The notes: generated from the sequence alone by a model not told the origin. Positions 27,300 through 40,288 are shown, counted from the stretch's first letter. The stretch is DNA of 64,000 bases from Sphyrna mokarran (GCA_024679065.1 JAGIQG010000009.1:109182001-109246000); one strand, 5' to 3'. Made by a program: numbers and translations.

Positions 27300-29180
27300 A
27301 TATCAACAAAATGAAGGAGATAGTCATCAACATCAGGGACGAAGTAGAAAGGGTCGAGACCTTCAAGTTTATAGATTTCCAGATCAACAATCTGTCATGC
27401 AATCTTTATAGTGCAGAATAAGACCATTCTGCCCATCAAACACACACCAACAACAATCTCACCCAGTCCTATCCCAGTAACATTATGTAATTATCCTGCT
27501 AATCCCCTGACACTAAGGGGCAATTTAGCGTGGTCAATCAATCTAACCTACACATCTTTGGACTGTGGGAGGAAACTGGAGAAAACCCATGCAGACACAG
27601 GGAGAATTTGCAAACTCCACACAGTCAGTCACCCAAATCCATAATTCAACCTGAATCTCTGGCGCTGTGAGGCAGGAGTGAAGCATCACTGTGCCATTAT
27701 CCTGGCTCATTCGTGCTGATGCCATAGTTAAAGAAGCCCACCAATGCCTCTAGTTTCTCAGGAAACTAAGGAAATTTGGCATGTCAGCTATGATTCTCAC
27801 CAAAAGACGCATCATTGAAAGCATTCTTTCTGGTTGTATCAAAGCTTGGTATAGCTCCTGCTCTGACCTAGTCCACAAGAAACTACAAAGGGTCAGGAAT
27901 GAAGCCCAGTTCATCATGCAAACCGGTCTCTCATCCACTGAAACTGTTAATACTTCCCGCTGCCTCAGAAAAACAGCCAACATAATCAAGGAACTTGTGC
28001 ACCCAGGACATCACTTGGAATACTGCGCCCAGTTCTGGTCTCCGTACTATCGGAAGGATGTGGAGTCCTTGGAGAGAGTGCAGAGGAGGTTTACCAGGAT
28101 GCTGCCTGGTATGGAAGGACTGTCCTATGAGGAACGATTAGATAGACAGGGGTTGTTTTCCCTTGAAAGACGTCGGCTTAGAGGGGATCTCATAGAGGTG
28201 TATAAGATTATAAAGGGTATAGATAGAGTAAATGGAGGGAAACTTTTTCCACCTTTAGAAATGGATAGGACGAGAGGTCATGGCCATAGGGTGAGGGGGG
28301 CTATGTATAGGACGAATATTAGAGGGCAGTTTTTCACACAAAGGGTAGTGGGGTGTGGAATGCACTGCCGAGTAAGGTGGTGGGAGCAGGCACGCTGGGG
28401 CTGTTTAAGGGTCTCTTGGACAGCCACATGAGCGGTATGCAGATAGAGGGATATATTAGGACTGTTTAACTACGGCTTTTTTCCCACAGGTAATTCGGTC
28501 CATAATTTGAGCACGCATTCGGCAGGTGGTGCGGGTACAGCTCTTGGATGTTGATTCATGGGTTGCCTGGTACCTCATGTCGTATATGAGTGCTTTATGT
28601 GACCACCTGAAGGGCACCATGACAGCTCAGAGACTATCGATGTGGCTGTGCAGACACTTGGAATTGGGCCGGTGTCTGCGGGAGTTTGCGCGTTCTCCCC
28701 GTGGTTGCGTGGGTTTTCTCCGGGCACTCCGGTTTCCTCCCACAACCCAAAAATTCGCTCTTAGGTTGATTGGGTAACAAATTGTCCCTATGGTGAAAAT
28801 TTTTCCAAATTAGGATTAATATATATATTATTATATAGGACTATTAAAATAGGATAATGATTTGGTATTACGGTGGCGCGGGCTCGTTGGGCCGAAGGGC
28901 CTGTTTCCCGTGCTATGTTGCTTTAAAAAAAAAAAAAATACTCTCTTCCACCTTCTTCCAACGGGAAAATATATAAAAGTCTGAGCACGTGTACCAACCA
29001 AATCTGCTGCATTAGCCTTTTGAATGGACCCACTTCACAATAAGTTGATTTTTCTCTATACACTGGCTATGATTGTAACATTACATTCTGCACTCTCTCC
29101 TTTCCTTCCTTATGTATGGTATGCTTTGACGGTATAGAATGCAAAGAACAATATTTTTCACTGTATGTTAATACATGTGA
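27300..29180 (+). mobile_element. Older L2/Rex-Babar-type LINE 3' fragment, interrupted by a SINE (27410-27700) and the young CR1
   Basis: FLRKLRKFGMS...IESILSGCIKAWY...KKLQRV motif; host sequence resumes at 28939 (tactctcttccacc). Confidence 0.75.
28012..28938 (+). mobile_element. Young 5'-truncated CR1 LINE with a V-SINE-like segment in its 3' region and an A tail, nested in an older LINE
   Basis: Intact CR1 ORF2 C-terminus HLEYCAQFWSP...VQRRFTRMLPG...LFSLERRRLRGDLIEVYKI; CpGs retained; ends GGGCCGAAGGGCCTGTTTCC...A14. Confidence 0.88.
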
Positions 29181-29189
29181 CAATGAGGA

Positions 29190-29825
29190 ATTGGGATTAG
29201 AGTTGAGCTGAGTGTTGCGGATTTGGGATAAGAGTTGAGTTAAATGTTGGGGATTTGGGATTAGAGTTGAGTTGAATGTTGGGGATTTGGACTTGAGTTT
29301 AAGTTCATGATTTGGGGAAAAGAGTTTATTTGAATGCTGGCATTTTTAGGATTAGAATTAAGTTGAATGTTGGAGTTTTGAAGAAAAGATTTTATTTGAA
29401 TGGTGGGGATGTGGAGGTAGAGTTGAGTTGAATGTTGGGTCTTTGGGATTAGTGTTGAGTTGAATGTTGGAGATTTGGGGATTCGAGTTGAGTTGAATGG
29501 TGGGACTTTGGGATTAGTGTTGAGTTGAATGTTGGGGATTTGGAGATTAGAGTTGGGTTAATGTTAGCGATTTGCGTATTAGATTTGAATTGAAAATTGG
29601 GGATTTGGGGATAGAGTTGAGTTGAAGATTGGGGATTTGGGATTAGAGTTGAGTTGAATGTTGGGGATTTAGGATCAGCATTGAGTTGAATGTTGAGGAT
29701 TGAGGGATTAGAGTTGAGTTGAATGTTGGGGATTTGGGATCAGCATTGAGTTGAATGTTGAGGATTGAGGGATTAGAGTTGAGTTGAATGTTAAGATTTG
29801 GAGTTAGAATTGAGTTGAATGTTGG
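29190..29825 (+). repeat. Degenerate minisatellite, ~30-32-bp unit (GGGATTAGAGTTGAGTTGAATGTTGGGGATTT), about 20 copies
   Basis: Repeated GAGTTGAGTTGAATGTTGGGGATT motif read directly. Confidence 0.92.
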
Positions 29826-29829
29826 TTGT

Positions 29830-30520
29830 TGATCATCAACATGGATGACATCATCACATGTGAGAATACCATCCACCAGATACACGGTACATACTCTTGC
29901 AACTTGGCCAACGTTGCCTATCTAATACGTTGCAGGAAAGGATGTCCCGAAGCATGGTACATTGGGGAGACCATGCAGACACTACGACAATGGGTGAATG
30001 AACATCGCTCGACAATCACTGGGCAAAACTGTTCCCTTCCTGTTGGCGAACACTTCAGCGGTCACAGGCATTCGGCCTCTGACCTTCGGATAATCATTCT
30101 CCAAGGCGGCCTTCACGACACATGACAGCGCAGAGTCACTGAGCAGAGTCTGATAGCCAAGTTCCACACACATGAGGATGGTCTCAACAGGGATCTTGGG
30201 TTCATGTCGCACTCTCTGTAACCCCCATAACTTGCCTGGGTTTGCAAAACCCCACTTACTGTGCTGTCTGGAGACAATACACATCTCTTTAACCTGTGTT
30301 TAATGCTCCTTCCATCCACATTGTCGGCATCTTTAAGACTTGAATAGCAGGTTAGTTGTAAAGACTCGCATTCTAATTAGTAATCTGTAAACTATGTGTG
30401 TTATTTGTTCTGTCTGAGGCTAGAACTGTCATTCACTTGGCGAAGGGACAAACCCCAAAAGCTTGTGAGTTTACTATGAAATAAATCAGTTGGACTTAAA
30501 CCTTGTCAGACTTCTTACTG
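29830..30520 (+). mobile_element. Penelope-like element 3' fragment (GIY-YIG endonuclease plus terminal repeat)
   Basis: YSCNLANVAYLIRCRKGCPEAWYIGETMQTLRQWVNEH...VGEHF. Confidence 0.88.
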
Positions 30521-30746
30521 AGGGTGGCTTAGCCAGGGGTTAATGTCAGGGGGCCATGTAGCTGGCGAATGTATTTGTAACTGAGTGTCCCTTCCTAATA
30601 TATGTGTGGAATTGATATCTGTGGTTGTACCTATTTGATGATTAAAAAGTCGTTGTCATTATGAAGCGTTTGAGGGTCTTCGATGCTTTTCAGACGTTAC
30701 TAGGGGTTCCATCCCTGGAAAAGTTTAGGAATTCCTGATCAAAATC

Positions 30747-31384
30747 ATTCATATAGATTTGAAATAGCTGAGGCCTAAGCACTGATCCTGTAGAACGTGA
30801 CTAGTTGTAGCTTGCCAGCCTGTAAATGACCCATCTATCTCAGCCCCCTTAGTTAGCCAATCCTCTATCCATACGATCATCAACCCCAGGATGATGTCTA
30901 CTCAGGGTCAGGGGTTTCTGCTGTGGGTCATGTAACTGAACAGGCTGATCCTTGACCCCACACATCCTGGTGCACATGTGGCAGGAAGTCCCATGCGTGG
31001 ATGGGATCCAATGAACAAGGTTTCCTTTCCTTCTCTGACACTGCTCTGCCTCATCATCCAGATATTTGGAAGCAAAGTGCGATACATCTTGATGGACAGC
31101 TTGCCACCATTTTGAATGGCGGACAACCATCCACGCATGGGACTTCCTGCCACATGTGCACCAGGATGTGTGGGGTCAAGGATCAGCCTGTTCAGTTACA
31201 TGACCCACAGCAGAAACCCCTGACCCTGAGTAGACATCATCCTGGGGTTGATGATCGTATGGATAGAGGATTGGCTAACTAAGGGGGCTGAGATAGATGG
31301 GTCATTTACAGGCTGGCAAGCTACAACTAGTCACGTTCTACAGGATCAGTGCTTAGGCATCAGCTATTTCAAATCTATACGAAT
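30747..31384. repeat. Near-perfect long inverted repeat: 258-bp arms with a 122-bp spacer
   Basis: 30747-31004 versus the reverse complement of 31127-31384, checked block by block: 256/258 identical. Confidence 0.97.
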
Positions 31385-33419
31385 ACATCCCGTCAGTAAC
31401 ATTAATGCTGCTGTGCTCCACAATAAGAATAAATGTCTTTGAAATGTTTTCTATTCTTTCATTTGAGCGCTGAAGACTTAGCAGGGGAGATACATTTTCA
31501 CTATACACACACAATAACCAGTCTGTTTTGGTTGATTTTGTCAGAGTTTTACCCAAATTCTTGAACAGTTTGCTATGAAAGAGAGATTGGGGTTTGTCTG
31601 ATGGTCATCCAATGGAATCTTGGGAATATGGTGGATACAATGGTGGTGGGACTTGTTCCTATCTGATACACAGTCCAAGTCTCACTGCTGTACACTACTG
31701 ACAATTATTACTCACTACTGTATGACTTGTGGAGATCCTTGTTAAACACTCAATGTTGTGGTTTATAGATGACTGAGCTGGAGGAGCTCCCCCCCATCAA
31801 TGATGGTATTTGAGAGAGGTAATTGCCAACGTATAGGAGGTGCTTCAAGTATTTGATGCTAACTTCTCACCCCACCCCTCCCAACTATCCACCATAGATA
31901 CTGAACATGAGTAGTTCATCTCCACCAATAACCTTGAATGAAACATCTTATGGAGCAACTTTGGAAATCTGAATCCTTCACACCTACTGGTTCCCCTTTA
32001 TTCTCCCTGCTTGTTACATCCACAAAAATTTCTAATAAATTTGATAAACCGCTGAATGATTAGAATTGCGGAAACTTGAGATGTCTCAATTAAAGGAGTG
32101 CAGAGATCTCTGGGGGTTACAGGAGAGTACAGAGATAGCGTGGTGACAAAGGGGTTAGCACTGCCCTGGTTCAATTCCAGCACTGAATCACTGTCTGTCT
32201 GGAGTTTGGACATTCGCTTCATGTCTGCATGAACCAGTGATCTGGTTTTCTCCCACAGTCACAAAAGTTAGGTGGATTGGTCATAATAAATTGCCTCTTA
32301 TTATTGAAAAATGTCTTGGTTAAGGGAATTAGCAGATTAAATAAGAAGGGTTATGGTGAGATGTCGGTGTTAGGTCTGGATAAGGTAATTGGTGTAAAGT
32401 TGATGGGCCAAATATCCTCACTCTGCACTGCAGAGATTCTATGAGTCCTTCCTACGAGAATGAGGGATGAGGCCATCGTGGGATTTGAAAACAAGGACAA
32501 GAATTTGGAACTAAAGAAATTGGTGGTTTGGGAGCCAATGTAAGTATGTGGAGGGATGGGTGAGGGGTGAAAGAGGTTCGATGGGAGGGGCTGAAGATTT
32601 TGGATGTGATGAAGTTTATAGAAAGTGAGAATAGCATTGAGCTAGTCAAATCTGGAATTAAAGATGTCGATGAGACCTTCAGTAAGAGGTGAGCCAAGAC
32701 AGAGACAGAATTGGGCAATGCTACAGGAATCAACAGTAACAGGGTGAAGGTATAGCGGGAATATCTGATCAGGGATTAGATCTGAAGTCACGGCTGGTCT
32801 GTACCTCATTGGCTGCTGGACTAGATCTCTAAGGAGAAAGAGGCAGAGAATTTCCACGCAATCAATGATTATTGACCAATGGGTATGCTGCCCCTAATTG
32901 CACCTATTCAGAGGAAAATATGAGCTTCCCTGAGCGTTTTCAGAACTTCCCATGGTCATTGCACCCCAGTAGTGTGTTCTGATTCCCCAGTGTTGTGGTC
33001 TGATTTCCAAATAAAATCAAAAATTAAACAGAATGAGAAAATCCTTTAAAAGCCGCCTTTTTTCACTAGGTCAAATCCTGTAACTCTCTCCCTAACAGCT
33101 CTGTGGATATACCTAAACCACATGGACTGCAACAATTCAAAATGGCAGCTCACCACCACCTCCTGAAGGGCAACTAGTTGTGGGCCTGGCCAGTGAGGCC
33201 CACTTCACTTGAACGTACTAAAGAAGTAACATCGTTGGACAATAAGGGGCATTTCAGCACAGCCAATCCACCCAACCTGCATACCTTTTTGAGTGTGGGA
33301 AAAAAACCCATGCAGACATAAGAAGAAAATGGGATTAGCACAACGTTAATGGTAGTTATTGCCATGCACACTCATCAGCAGGTCAAAGAGCCTTTTCTGT
33401 GCTGTACAACTCTATGACT

Positions 33420-36120
33420 CTATTTATTACAAGAGGATTTGAGTACATTGGAGTAAAGATGTCTTACTGCAATTAACAAGTGTCACAATAGCAGGTTAAC
33501 GTTCAACAAATGTATTTGGAATCATGAAATTTCGGAGCACTGCTTTTTCCTCAGCTGAGGAAGAAGCGGGGCTCCAAAAGCTCGTGATTGCAAATAAACC
33601 TGTTGGACTTCAACCTGGTTTTGTGAGACTTCTTACTGTGCATACCCTTGTCCAATGCCCGCATCTCCGCATTACTGCAATTATACAGAGACTGCAGCTG
33701 GAGTGCAGTTTTAGTCTTTTTACCTAAGGAAAGATATACTTACTATGGAGGGATTCCTGGGATGGAGTGGTTATGAGAAAAGATAAACAGACAGGGCTTT
33801 CAGGGTTTTTATTCTCTGGAGTTCAAGAGAATAAGATTCTGACATGGTGGATGTGAAGAGCATGTTTCCTTTTGTTGGAGAATCTGACACTAGGGATCAC
33901 TGTTTAATAATAAGGGCTTGTTCATTTAAAGCAGAAATGAGATTACTTTCCTTGCAGAATCTCTGGGGATCTCTTCCTCAAAAGGCAGTACAAACACCGT
34001 CTTTGAATATTTTAAAGACAGACCTAGATAATTCTTGATGAACAAGGGGAGTGAAAGATCATTGGAGTTAAGGGACATTAAGTCAGATCAGCCAGGAAAT
34101 TATTGGATGGTAGAGCAGGCTCGAGGGGCTGAGCGGTCTACTCCTGCTCCTCATTCATACATTCAAACATATAAAACTCTTACAGGGCTTGACAGAGTAA
34201 ATACGGGAAGGAAATTTCCCTGTTTGGGTGTCTAAAACCAGGGAAGGTAGTTTCAAAATAAAGGATAGACCATTGGTGACTGAGATGAGGAGGAATGTCT
34301 TCATTTGGAAGGTGGTCAATATTGGGAATTACTTGATTTGATTTATTATTGTCACATGTATTGGGATACAGTGAGAAGTATTATTTCTTGTGCATTATAT
34401 ACAGACGATGCATACCAGTCATTGAGTAGATAGGAGAGAAGGAAAGGAGAGGGTACAGAATGTAGAGTTACAGTCATGGATAGGGTATAGAGACAGGTCA
34501 ACTTTATATAATCTAGGCCCACTCAAAAACCTGATGGCAGCAGGGAAGAAGCTGTTCTTGAGTCGGTTGATACACGATCTCAGATTTTCTATCTTTTTCC
34601 CGATGGAAAAAGATGGAAGAGAGAATGTGTGGGGTGCATAAGGTCCTTAATTATGCTGGTTGCTTTTCTGAGGCAGCAGGAGGTGTAGACAGAGTCAATG
34701 GATGGGAGGCTGGTTTGCCTGATGGACTGGGCTATATTCAGAACCATTAGTAGTTTTTTATGGTCTTGGACAGAGCAGGAGCCATACCAAGCTGTGGTAC
34801 AACCAGAAAGAATACTTTCTATGATGCATCTGTAAAAGGTGGTGAGAGTTGTAGTGGATGTGCCAAATTTTCTTAGTGTCCAGTGAGCTTTCTTAATTAT
34901 AGCATCCGCATGGATGGACCAGAATAGGTTGCCCCAGAAGCTGTGGAGGCTCAGTCATTGAGTGTGTTCAAGACTGAGATTGATAGATTTCTACAGATTA
35001 ATAACATTAATGGATACGGGGAAAATAATGGAAATTTGTTTTCCAGAAGATCAGCCATAATCTGATTAAATGGAGGAACGGACTCGAAGGATTGAATGAC
35101 CTACTCTTACTCCTATGGCCAACCAGACCAATAAACCCATACTATAATGGCACCACTATCCATAGAATCCCTACAGTACAGAAGAAGGCCATTTGGCCCA
35201 TCGACTGTGCATTAACCCTCTGAAGGAGCAGTCTATCCAGATGAAATCCCCACCCTATCCCTGTAACACTGCACATTAATCACAACCAATCCTCCAGCCT
35301 ACACATCACTGGGCACTAAGGGACAATTTAGCATGGCCAATCCCTCTAACCGACACATCACTGGACATTAAAGCAGAATTTATCATGGCCAATGCACCTA
35401 ACCTGTACATCTCGGATTGTGGGAGGAAACTGGAGCACCCAGAGGAAACCCATGCAGGCATGGGGAAAACATGCAGGCTCCTCATAGACAGTGACCCAGT
35501 TAGGAATCAAATCCAGGTCCCTGGCACCGTGAGGCAGCAATGCTAACCTCATCCACTGCATAAAATCACTCTTTTTAATTCCTCCAATGATCCCAGCCCA
35601 AAAAGACTATTTCTATGGGTCCAATATACAAGATCACTCCTTAACAAATCCTCTCAATCTTTCTGCCTTGCTTCCCTGACATTTGATTTAATATTGTCAC
35701 ATACATTAATATACCATGAAAAATATTGTTTCTCACACACTATACGAAGCATACAGTTCATACAGAAGGAAATGAGAGTGCAGAATGTAGTGTTACAGTT
35801 ATAGCCAGAGTGTAGAGTCAGAACAACTTAATGTTAGATGGGTCCATTCAAAAGTCTGATGGCAAGAAGAAGCTGTTCTTGAGTCGGTTGGGACGTGACC
35901 TCAGACTTTTGCATCTTTTTCCTGATGGATGAAGGTGGAAGAGAGAATGTCTGGGGTGCATGGGGTCCTTAATTATGCTGGCTGCTTTTCTGAGGCAGCT
36001 GGAAGTATAGACAGAATCAATGGATGGGAGGGTGGTTTGTTTGATGGACTGGGCTACGTTCACAAGCCTTTGTAATTGCTTGCAGTCTTGGTCAGAGCAG
36101 GAGCCATATCAAGGTGTGAT
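33420..36120. mobile_element. Nested cluster of CR1, Penelope terminal-repeat, L2/Rex-type and SINE fragments
   Basis: CR1 (33420-34330, 34930-35120 +), L2/Rex-type (34335-34930, 35680-36120 -), SINE (35160-35550 -), identified by similarity to other copies in the window. Confidence 0.7.
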
Positions 36121-36487
36121 ATATCTAGAAAGTCTGCTGCAGTGCAAATTCAGATCTTATTATGGGAGAGATCAGTCTTGTCTCTATCTCTCTGAGAGAG
36201 TCTTTCTCTCTCCCAGGGTAAACTTAGAAACAGCTACTCTGAAGTACATCAGCCCGTACTGTCTCTCTCTCTCTCCCCAACATAAACTCCAGCTCCAGGG
36301 GGAGTTTCTCTCCCTGTAAACTCAGACCCTGTCCTACCCTGATTTGAGGGAGGTCAGTCCTCACTCTCTCAACCCCACAGTGAAATTGGCCTCATTATCA
36401 ATGTCAGTACACTCCCTTTAAAGTACCACCTCCTGGTGGAGCGAAACACAGCAGCTTTTGGCCGACACTGAAAATGACTTTAACACT

Positions 36488-36499
36488 GAAAGCGAAACT
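36488..36499. promoter_or_regulatory. ISRE (interferon-stimulated response element) at the probable butyrophilin promoter
   Basis: GAAAGCGAAACT is the reverse complement of AGTTTCGCTTTC, an exact match to AGTTTCNNTTTC. It lies in a non-repeat, CpG-containing segment about 110 nt before a strong donor. Confidence 0.7.
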
Positions 36500-36612
36500 T
36501 GCATTTGGGGCGAAGTCAGCTTGCTGGGCTGGACGGGAGGTCTGAGAGCGGGGAAAATGCGGTGAGAAAAGGGGTAAAAACGTGTCTTAGCCAGGCGGAA
36601 GAAGCAATCGGG
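36500..36612 (+). other. Probable non-coding first exon of the butyrophilin (start approximate)
   Basis: Donor GG|GTAAGT at 36613. The signal-peptide exon has its own acceptor at 40255, so an upstream exon is expected. Confidence 0.55.
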
Positions 36613-37109
36613 GTAAGTTCAAAATCTCCTTTCAAGATATCGCAATGCAGAAAGCCAGTCTACCAGAGATTCACAAAGAAACCCAGTCGATCCGTGCCTC
36701 ATTTCCGGGGTCTGGCCCACCCGGTTTAATATAACCTGATCCAGTTATTATTTATTCCCTGGGGTTAATTTGCCGTTCCTGTCTGACTCTGGGTGATATT
36801 GAGAAGTTGCCGATTCACTCAATGGATTGTGTCAATTTCCACAAATTGGATACATTGTGGCGCGCCTCCTTCCCTTCCTGTGTGTGTTTCTCTCTCTCTC
36901 TCTCTGATCCTATCTCGAATTTACAGACACAAATTTCATTCTTAGCACATCTTCTCGGACAGTGTGGACAATTTAAACCTCATGTGAGCCCCCCACTACA
37001 ATCCAAGTAAACGCGACCTCGCCCATACTGCTGCCTCCACCCTATTTGGTTCCTCCCGCGAGTTGTGTGTCCCTTCAGTCCTGCCCTCCAAGTGTGTATA
37101 CTCCGAGCT

Positions 37110-37826
37110 CTCCCCCGCCCCCGCCCCCGCCCCCACCCCCCCTTCTCGCCCCCCTCCCCCCCCCCCCCCCCCCCCCCCCCCCTCCTCGCCCCCCCCACCC
37201 CCCCTTCCTCGCCCCCCCCCCACCCCCCTTCCTCGCCCCCCCCCCACCCCCCTTCCTCGCCCCCCCCCCACCCCCCTCCTCCCCCCCCCCCCCCCCCTTC
37301 CCCCCTTCCTCGCCCCCCCCCCCCCACCCCCCCTTCCTCGCCCCCCCCCCACCCCCCCTTCCTCGCCCCCCCCCACCCCCCCTTCCTCGCCCCCCCCCAC
37401 CCCCCCTTTCCTCGCCCCCCCCACCCCCCTTCCTCGCCCCCCCCCACCCCCCCTTCCTCGCCCCCTCCCGCCCCCCCCCCCCCCTTCCCTCGCCCCCCCC
37501 ACCCCCCCTTCCTCGCCCCCCCACCCCCCCACCCCCCCTTCCCTCGCCCCCCCCACCCCCCCTTCCTCGCCCCCCCCACCCCCCCACCCCCCCTTCCTCG
37601 CCCCCCCCACCCCCCCTTCCTCGCCCCCCCACCCCCCCTTCCTCGCCCCCCCACCCCCTCCTCCCCCCCCACCCCCCCCTCCTCGCCCCCCCCACCCCCC
37701 CCTCCTCGCCCCCCCTCCTCCCCCCAATCCACTCCCCCTCGCCCCCAACCCATCCCGATCCCTCCCCCTCGCCCCCCCCCCAGTCCCGATCCCTCCCCCT
37801 CGCCCCCCCCCCCCCCCCCCCCCCCC
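37110..37826 (+). repeat. C-rich tandem repeat, (CnTTCCTCGCnA)n, ~22-24-bp unit
   Basis: Poly-C runs punctuated by TTCCTCG and A; explains the long Pro-rich and Gly-rich ORFs. Confidence 0.95.
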
Positions 37827-40288
37827 AAGTCCCGATTCCAACCCCAACCCCAACCATGGTGGCCTTGCCTTTATCTTCAGGCCCTAAACTCTGTATTCCC
37901 TCTTTCAACCGCCTCCCTCCCTGATTCACAAAAGTATTCCCTGAAATTTATCTCATTAAACAGGGAGAGAGAGGCCTGGGATTCTCTGTCCGATGTCCTG
38001 GGACGTTAATCATCCCTCAGCCAACATCACCAAAGACAGATTTATCTGACTAGGGTAGCAGTGCTGTTCGTGGGATCTTGCTGTGTACTGACGGACTTTC
38101 TGTACTTCTCTCCATGGGCCGCTCTCTCTGTTGAAATATGACAGGGTCAAATCGCACCCTCAGAAGACCTGAGCGCTCATTCTGCACTGCGGGAGTGCAA
38201 CACTGCCTTCTTTCTGAGGAAGTGGGAAACTGAGCCTCCCGCCTCCCAACATTCACCTCCCCCCAAACCCCATCAGTACGATCCCTAAAGCCATGATTTC
38301 AAAGGGGAGTTACCCCCAGTAAGCAAAACAGAAAATGCTGGCTAGAAGCAGCAGGTATGACTGTTTCTCTCTCCAGATACTGAGTTAACAATTGATTCCA
38401 ATGTAATTCTTCTGCAGAAGCGTCAAAATGTTAAGTTTGTATCTCTCTGTACAGATGCTGCCAGGCCTGAGTTGGGTATTTTCTGTTTTTATTCTAGATC
38501 TCCAGCATCCACAAGTCATTTATGTTTATTGTAGAATTATTCCCTGATCAATTTTTATCCCTCAATCAACATTGCAAACAAAAGGAGCAAATTATTAGGT
38601 TATCGTCACATTGTTCTGTTTGGGGTGTGAACAGACAAAATAGGAGCAAAATCATAGAGAACCTTCAGTGCAGAAGGAAGCCATTCGGCCCATTGAGTCT
38701 GCACTGACAACAATCCCACCCAGGCCCTATCCCCATATATTTACCCTGCTATTCTCTCTAACCTAAACATCTCGGGACGGTAAGGGCAACTTAACATGGC
38801 CAATCAACCTAATTCGCACATCTTTGGACTGTGGGAGAAAATCCACGCAAACACGAGGAGAATGTGCAAAATCTGCACAGACAGTGACCCAAGCTGGGAA
38901 TTGAACGCAGGTCCTTGGAGCTGTGAGGCAGCAGTGCTAACCATTGTGCTGCCCAGAAGTAGGCCAGACAGCCCCTTGAACCTATCCAATTAATAAGATC
39001 ATGGGTGATTTGTCTGTTTTTAGAATTCACATTTACTGCTGATATATCTTTGATTCCCTCCCCTGACAAGAATCAGTCTCCCCTGCCTTTAAAAGATTCA
39101 CCTTCCTCTGTCTTCTGAGGCTGAGAGTTCTAATGTCAAACACCCCCCAGAGAAAAAAATACCCCTCATCACCGCCTCCTAATTTTAAAGGTTCTGGACT
39201 CCTCACAAGGGGGAACATCCTTTCCACGTCCACCTTAGTGAGACCGTTCAGGATTTTATAGACTTTAATCAAGCCACTCCTCATTCTTCTAAACTGCATT
39301 GGAAACAAGCCCAGTCTGTCCAGCCTTTCCTCATAAGGCAAAGTACTTGTTACTTGGAGCTTGCGTCTGTGTTCCCGACCTGTACTGCCACCTGAATTGG
39401 CTTAATTGGCAGTAAAAACACTTTGGGGAAATCATGAGGTTGTGAAGGCTGCTTTAGAAGTAGGAATCATTCCCACACTGAGAATTGGGGGTCAGTAACT
39501 GAGGACTGGGGTGAGTGAGCATGAACTGACTTTACAAAATGGAAATGAAATATGTCAATAGCAATGAACGTAACACACTCTGTAGGAGCTCCTTAGACAG
39601 TACCTTCCAAACTCTTGGCCACTGTCATCCAGAGAGAGGAGGAACACCACCACCTGGAGGTTCTCCTCCAAGACACTCACCATCCTGACTTGGAAATGTA
39701 TTGGTATTCCTTCACTATCACTGGGTCAAAACCCTGGAATTCCCTCCCTAACGGCACTCTCGTTGCCCCTACACCCCAGGGACTGCAGTGGTTCAAAAAG
39801 GCAACTCACCACCACTTTCTCAAGGGGCAATTAATTTTTAAAGTTTATTTATTAGCGTCACATGTAGGCTTACATTAACACTGCAGTGAAGTTACTGTGA
39901 AAATCTCCTTCAGGAGGGGTAATAAATGCTGGCCTAGTCAGTGATGCCCATCTCCTAAAGATAAAGAAATCTAATAAATTCAGTCGAATATTCAGGAGAA
40001 ACTTACCCAGCGAGATGTGAGAATTTGGAACCTGCTTTAACAGGGTGTAGTTGAGGAGAATTGTGTGAATGAAGGTGAATTTGGATTAACGAGTGAGGGG
40101 AGGAGGAAGAGGGTGAGATAAAATAAAACAAGGAGGGTCATATCGAGCACAAATACCAGCCACAAACTGTCGGGCTGAATGGCCTTATTCTTTACTGTTA
40201 CTTAGATATGATTCCAAGGAGCGTTGAATCCTAATGGAAGCCTCTTATCTTTCAGGGCCTGCACTCAGGCTTCGGTGTTTTGCTGAGG

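Noticed and set aside
27781-28431. 216-aa ORF that looks like a single RT-related protein
   Set aside because: Fortuitous in-frame junction of an old L2/Rex-type fragment and a younger CR1 insertion at ~28012.
30700-30737. Possible hAT-type terminal sequence next to the palindrome
   Set aside because: No convincing matching second terminus or 8-bp target-site duplication found.
30849-31282. Twin 93-aa ORFs on opposite strands with identical C-termini
   Set aside because: A direct consequence of the palindrome; no recognisable protein.
36980-38009. Six long Gly-rich or Pro-rich ORFs (274-314 aa)
   Set aside because: Open in all frames only because the C-rich repeat lacks stop codons; no domain or splice support.
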